In this document: in pieces, positions 53,543 to 57,479 of the stretch
Layout: each line of letters starts with the position of its first letter
How positions within the stretch are numbered: position 1 is the first letter of the stretch
Virus record (IMG/VR): IMGVR_UViG_3300036790_000341
Span: 1 to 57,479 of that record
DNA: 57,479 bases
Strand: one strand, 5' to 3'
DNA from: a virus
Taxonomy: Duplodnaviria; Caudoviricetes
Program-made: the position numbers and the translations under genes
Notes under the pieces: model-generated
Seen by the model: only the letters and a program-made list of their open reading frames with translations
The model's database searches: none
What the model was told of the DNA's origin: nothing

Positions 53543-53717
53543 TCGGCTGGTTCGCCGCCCGCGGCGTCTGGGTCGCAGCCGCCTGCATACTGCTGACCGG
53601 AACATACAACGCGAGCACGCCCGACTACCACTGCCCGGACAGCCGCGCGGCCCGCGCGGCCTCGGCCACCTGGCAGTGCCGGTGACCGGGCGTACGCCAA
53701 CCCCAGGAGGAGACCGC

Positions 53718-54035
53718 GTGGACAAGATCGGACAGGGCGACCCACCGACATTCGAGGAGGTGGTCGAGTGGTACGCCACCGTGCGCACGACACTGCCCGT
53801 GCTGACCATGCAGTCCGGCGACACCGACGCGGGCGACGCCATCGAACGCCGCCGACACACCGAGGGCCGCACCTGCGCGCGCTGCTCCTCACCCGCCGGA
53901 CCCGCGGTGGTCGGCCGGTACGAGAACGACGTCGACCGGCTCATCGACCTGTGCCCCGACTGCTTCCAATGGATCAGAGAAGCCGCGGCAGACACCGACC
54001 ACCACCCCGACAACGAGGAGATGCTGGAGCCGTGA
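53718..54035 (+). CDS. Zn-finger hypothetical protein
   Basis: AGGAGGAG RBS; CARC...DLCPDC. Confidence 0.7.
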   Translation: MDKIGQGDPPTFEEVVEWYATVRTTLPVLTMQSGDTDAGDAIERRRHTEGRTCARCSSPAGPAVVGRYENDVDRLIDLCPDCFQWIREAAADTDHHPDNEEMLEP

Positions 54036-54331
54036 GCCCTCTCATCGACCCCAGGCCGCGACCCGGAGTCCCTGACATCCCTCAGCGGGTCGACGTCAAC
54101 GGCATCCCTTTCCCCGGCACCTACTGGGCACTCTGGGACACGGACGGCAACCTCCTCGCGCACATCGAAACGCCCGTCGTGACGGCCGACTGGGCTCTCC
54201 GGATGCTCGGCTGGGACGGCTACACCAAGATCACGCTCGGCGAGTTCATCGGCGACAAGTGGGAGCGATTCCGCGAGGCCTACGTGACCGGCGCACCGAC
54301 CGACTTCGCGACATGGGGGCCAGCGACATGA
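54032..54331 (+). CDS. Hypothetical protein
   Basis: GTGA overlap. Confidence 0.65.
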   Translation: MSPLIDPRPRPGVPDIPQRVDVNGIPFPGTYWALWDTDGNLLAHIETPVVTADWALRMLGWDGYTKITLGEFIGDKWERFREAYVTGAPTDFATWGPAT

Positions 54332-54825
54332 TCGATAGTCCTCAGCTGAAGCTCACCCGCACGCTCGCCGTCACCTTGGGCGACATCACCAAGGTGCTGC
54401 GCGTCATGCACGTCGTCGCCACACAGGCGAGCTACGGTCCGATCGCGCTCTCCGTCCCGGACGGACCGTTCCGTCTCGTGGCGTCCGAGAAGGTCGAGAT
54501 CACCTTCCGCGCGAAAGGGACCGACTACGCCGACATGCTCCCGGCCATCCACGCGGACAGCGTGCCATACACCAAGATCCGGTTCGGCGAGCAAGACACC
54601 AAGGCGATGCTCGGAAAGGTCGAACCAATCCTCCGCCAGCACGACACCGCATGTCTGATCACCTTCCTGCTGCTGCGCGTGCCGGTCGCCGCGCTAGCGT
54701 TCGACGACGAGGACGAGTGGGAGAAGGACGAGGAGCACAGCTACTCGCGCAACGGCACCAACGTGATCGCGATCAAGCCGAAGCCACTGCCGCCCGAGGA
54801 CTACGTCGGCGGTGACGCCCCGTGA
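54328..54825 (+). CDS. Hypothetical protein
   Basis: ATGA overlap. Confidence 0.65.
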   Translation: MIDSPQLKLTRTLAVTLGDITKVLRVMHVVATQASYGPIALSVPDGPFRLVASEKVEITFRAKGTDYADMLPAIHADSVPYTKIRFGEQDTKAMLGKVEPILRQHDTACLITFLLLRVPVAALAFDDEDEWEKDEEHSYSRNGTNVIAIKPKPLPPEDYVGGDAP

Positions 54826-55034
54826 AGCGACCGGTCCCGCTGCTCCTCGAAGTCGAAGGCGCCGGCCTCTACAACGGCTGGAACGTGAAGCTCAACGGCG
54901 TCCCGATGTACCACAAGCCGTATGACGGCAGCGACGACGAGGAAGCCGCTGAAGAGTTCCTCACCGCGCTCGGCGCGCTGATCCGGCGCGAGGCTGGCTA
55001 CCCGCTCCTGGAGGATGGGGATGACCATGGCTGA
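54822..55034 (+). CDS. Hypothetical protein
   Basis: GTGA overlap. Confidence 0.6.
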   Translation: MKRPVPLLLEVEGAGLYNGWNVKLNGVPMYHKPYDGSDDEEAAEEFLTALGALIRREAGYPLLEDGDDHG

Positions 55035-55362
55035 TTTGGGCGCTTTCCTGACCGCCCGCTACGACGAGCGCCAGTACGCGGCCGAAGCGGCCGAACGCAC
55101 GGGCCGGTGGGAAGACCTGGCGTGGCCCGGCTCGTACGGCATCATCGAGGCGGTGGCGACCGAGCACATCCTCGCGTGGTCGCCCAAGTTCGTGCTCGCC
55201 GACATCGCGGCTAAGCGAGACATCCTGAACCACTGCCAGGTGATGGCCGCGCACGCGGTGCCAGGTTCGGCCATGGCGCAGTTCTGCAAGAACATCCTGC
55301 GCGCCGCCGCCGCGCCGTACGTCGAGCATCCCGACTTCCAGCCCGAATGGAGCGTGGCCTGA
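55021..55362 (+). CDS. DUF6221-like protein
   Basis: L.AFL.AR..E, HI..W.P..VLADIAAKR.IL, PY..HPDF..EW. Confidence 0.7.
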   Translation: MTMADLGAFLTARYDERQYAAEAAERTGRWEDLAWPGSYGIIEAVATEHILAWSPKFVLADIAAKRDILNHCQVMAAHAVPGSAMAQFCKNILRAAAAPYVEHPDFQPEWSVA

Positions 55363-55532
55363 TGCGGGTGGGTCTCGGGTTCGGATTCGGGCCGCTGCGT
55401 TTCTACATCCCCCTCGCCAGCACCAGACGCCGCAGACGCAGACACCGTGTCCGGTACTGGACGCACCCCGGCTGCCCGGTCCGGCACCAGCGCGAGGACA
55501 CCGCCAACAGCTGCGCACGGAGGATGAAGTGA
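55362..55532 (+). CDS. Small basic protein
   Basis: TGATG overlap. Confidence 0.55.
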   Translation: MRVGLGFGFGPLRFYIPLASTRRRRRRHRVRYWTHPGCPVRHQREDTANSCARRMK

Positions 55533-55744
55533 CGACCTGGCAACTTGTGATCTGGATCGTCGTCGGCGTCAATACGTGCGGCACGTTGTGGCTGGTCGCG
55601 TCGTGGATCGCCGTGTGGCATGACCGGCGTCAGGTGCGCCGGGCTCGGCGGAGGAAGCGACGTGAAGACCGGGCCCGGAGCTGGCGCGTGAGGAAGCTGC
55701 AACGCGAACTAGAGGCTCACAGGAAGCTGGAGACGAATGACTGA
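55529..55744 (+). CDS. Small membrane protein with basic tail
   Basis: GTGA overlap; N-terminal TM. Confidence 0.55.
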   Translation: MTTWQLVIWIVVGVNTCGTLWLVASWIAVWHDRRQVRRARRRKRREDRARSWRVRKLQRELEAHRKLETND

Positions 55745-55940
55745 CGCCCGGGACGACGCGTACACCGCGCTCGGGCGGCTGTTCCGGCCGGCGGTCGGCC
55801 GCGCACTCAGCGAGGACCCGGCGTTGATCCGCGAGACCGCGGCCAAGCTGGACGCATGGGCCGACGAAGTCGAGCGCCGAGCGCTGGGGTGGGCATGGCC
55901 GTACTTCAAGAAGCAGCACACCGACAGCAAGGAGACGTGA
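55737..55940 (+). CDS. Hypothetical protein
   Basis: GGAG RBS. Confidence 0.6.
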   Translation: MTDARDDAYTALGRLFRPAVGRALSEDPALIRETAAKLDAWADEVERRALGWAWPYFKKQHTDSKET

Positions 55941-56188
55941 TGGCTATCTGGTCGCGCCGCGAGCGCTCCATCAACTACGTCGAGTACACCGTCCCCGCTG
56001 GCGTCCTCGGCGCCCCGTGGGGGCAGGTCTCTCTCGCTCTTGACGCCGCCCTGGACGACGTGCGTCGCGAGGAGGGGCACGATTCCCTGTGGGAGCCATC
56101 AGACGACCGGATCCGCATCCTGCCCATGGACGACGAGATCGTGATTCGTTTCGAGAAGCAGCCCCGATCAGCCGGCGAGGAGATGTAG
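55940..56188 (+). CDS. Hypothetical protein
   Basis: AAGGAG RBS, TGATG overlap. Confidence 0.65.
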   Translation: MAIWSRRERSINYVEYTVPAGVLGAPWGQVSLALDAALDDVRREEGHDSLWEPSDDRIRILPMDDEIVIRFEKQPRSAGEEM

Positions 56189-56478
56189 TGAGCTACGAGC
56201 TGCCACCGGTTGGTGATTTCGCGGAGCAGATGAACGCTGCGGCCGGGCCGCTCAGGCGCATGTCCGCGATCATGGCCCAGATTGCGTCCTCGGCGATCCC
56301 TGTCGATGTCGCGTGTTACTGCCTGTGCTCGATTTATGAGCCGCATCAGTGTGGTGGTTGGCGCGGTGATGGGCTTGTGCGTGAGGTGCCGGGGGGCAAG
56401 CTGTTCGGTAAGCAGTTGCCTGTGGTCGAGGTGCCTGTGTGTGGTAGCTGCGATGGCGTGGCCGTGCGCAGGGTGTAG
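56188..56478 (+). CDS. Cys-containing hypothetical protein
   Basis: GAGGAG RBS, TAGTG overlap. Confidence 0.6.
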   Translation: MSYELPPVGDFAEQMNAAAGPLRRMSAIMAQIASSAIPVDVACYCLCSIYEPHQCGGWRGDGLVREVPGGKLFGKQLPVVEVPVCGSCDGVAVRRV

Positions 56479-56497
56479 GGGGACTCACCCGAGGCCC

Positions 56498-56527
56498 CTT
56501 GACAGGCGGGCAAGCATGGGGTTGGCT
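56498..56527 (+). promoter_or_regulatory. Operator/-35 motif copy CTTGACAGGCGGGCAAG
   Basis: Same motif as 7-23. Confidence 0.7.
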
Positions 56528-56568
56528 GGACACCCACACCCAACACACTCTCCGGAGGCCACACGACA

Positions 56569-56826
56569 ATGGGCATGCGGACGGAAGACATGCAGATCCG
56601 GCTGCACTACGCCGCGATAGCGGGCAGGCAGGCCACACCGGAGACGATCCACCGGTTCGAGGCCGTGGTCAGGTTCGGCGCCTACTCGCCCAACCCGGTC
56701 GACAAGCACATCCCGTACGAATGCCCGCTATGCGTGGCAACCGCCCGAAACCGCCCGAAACCCCGCACGGCGGCGCCCCCCACCGCACCGGTAAGCCGCC
56801 CTCCCGCTGACGAAGGACTGACATGA
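56569..56826 (+). CDS. Hypothetical protein
   Basis: GGAGG RBS; H....CPLC. Confidence 0.6.
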   Translation: MGMRTEDMQIRLHYAAIAGRQATPETIHRFEAVVRFGAYSPNPVDKHIPYECPLCVATARNRPKPRTAAPPTAPVSRPPADEGLT

Positions 56827-57479
56827 CCACACTCGACCTCACCAACCTCACCCTCGCCAAAGGCGGACACGCCGGCCTCGCCGTCGGCGCGTGCCTCCTC
56901 GAAGCGGCCTCGTACATGGCCGGCGAAACCTGGTCCGACCACCCGGAATGCGTCTGCACCGTCCTGGGAACATTCGGCCGGAGCCTGAACGACGTGCTCC
57001 CCGACGACAAGCGCCAGGCGCTCAAGCAGTTCCTCCCGGCAACGCACGAGGAGCTGGCTGCGGCGACGGACGAGCAGCGCGGCAAGTGGATCCTCGGCAC
57101 CGCTGGTGACGGGCATGCCGAGGCGCGTTCGTACATGGCGTTGGACTGGCTGATCCGCGTGTATCTGCCGACGTGGCTCGCGTTGACCGAGCGGGTTCCG
57201 GCGTCGGTGGCGCAGTCGATTCGGGAGCTGCCGCCGATTGTGGATCTGGAGTCGGCGCGGAGCGCCGGCGTGCTGGTGCGCGATGCCCGCGATAAGGCGG
57301 CCGCCGCGGGGGCCGCCGCGGGGGCCGCCGCGAGGGCCGCCGCGAGGGACGCCGCGGGGGACGCCGCGAGGGACGCCGCGAGGGACGCCGCGGGGGCCGC
57401 CGCGAGGGCCGCCGCGGGGGCCGCCGCGTGGGACGCCGCGAGGGCCGCCGCGAGGGACGCCGCGAGGGCCGCCGCGAGG
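56823..57479 (+). CDS. Partial CDS with Ala-rich AA(R/G/W)(A/D) repeats, runs off the window
   Basis: AAGGA RBS, ATGA overlap; CLLEAASYMAGE.WSDHP.CV....F.R.LND; no stop before the end. Confidence 0.8.
   Translation, partial: MTTLDLTNLTLAKGGHAGLAVGACLLEAASYMAGETWSDHPECVCTVLGTFGRSLNDVLPDDKRQALKQFLPATHEELAAATDEQRGKWILGTAGDGHAEARSYMALDWLIRVYLPTWLALTERVPASVAQSIRELPPIVDLESARSAGVLVRDARDKAAAAGAAAGAAARAAARDAAGDAARDAARDAAGAAARAAAGAAAWDAARAAARDAARAAAR
57303..57479 (+). repeat. 12-bp tandem repeat GCCGCG(A/G/T)GGG(A/C)C, about 15 units
   Basis: Directly visible. Confidence 0.95.

Noticed and set aside
1-57479. RtcB, integrase, reverse transcriptase, CRISPR-Cas or IS elements
   Set aside because: No diagnostic motifs recognised in any ORF; they could lie outside the window

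Overview
High-GC window from a siphovirus-like actinobacterial phage or prophage (Streptomyces-like host inferred from GC content and promoter style). Left arm (570-19035, mostly minus strand): early, replication and accessory genes, including an RNase AS-like exoribonuclease, LuxR/GntR/XRE/excisionase-type HTH proteins, VRR-NUC, a replication initiator with internal iterons and DnaA boxes, and a Sak4-like ATPase. Then a lysis cassette (19068-20790), an inverted sugar epimerase/glycosyltransferase cassette (20881-24508), a tail-to-portal morphogenesis block on the minus strand (24558-49109), and a plus-strand accessory arm with a cellulose-synthase-like GT2 and a GH26 lipoprotein. No terminase, integrase, DNA polymerase or prohead protease was recognised. 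The most striking locus is an RNA module at 6609-8997. One promoter precedes two ~68-nt hairpin RNAs and a circularly permuted tRNA-like YrlA-type Y RNA, all three sharing the 5' motif CGAGYTGAACG-N6-GGTTATCT, followed by tRNA-Asn(GTT) and a Ro60/TROVE gene whose leader carries the first half of the motif against its Shine-Dalgarno. Two more tRNA-like RNAs with enlarged anticodon arms sit at 45-255. Other points of interest are a shared 'GxPIxxIAGG' N-terminal leader on scaffold and capsid and a five-copy operator/promoter motif. All calls are by eye from motifs; no database searches were run, and several starts were re-assigned from RBS or overlap evidence.
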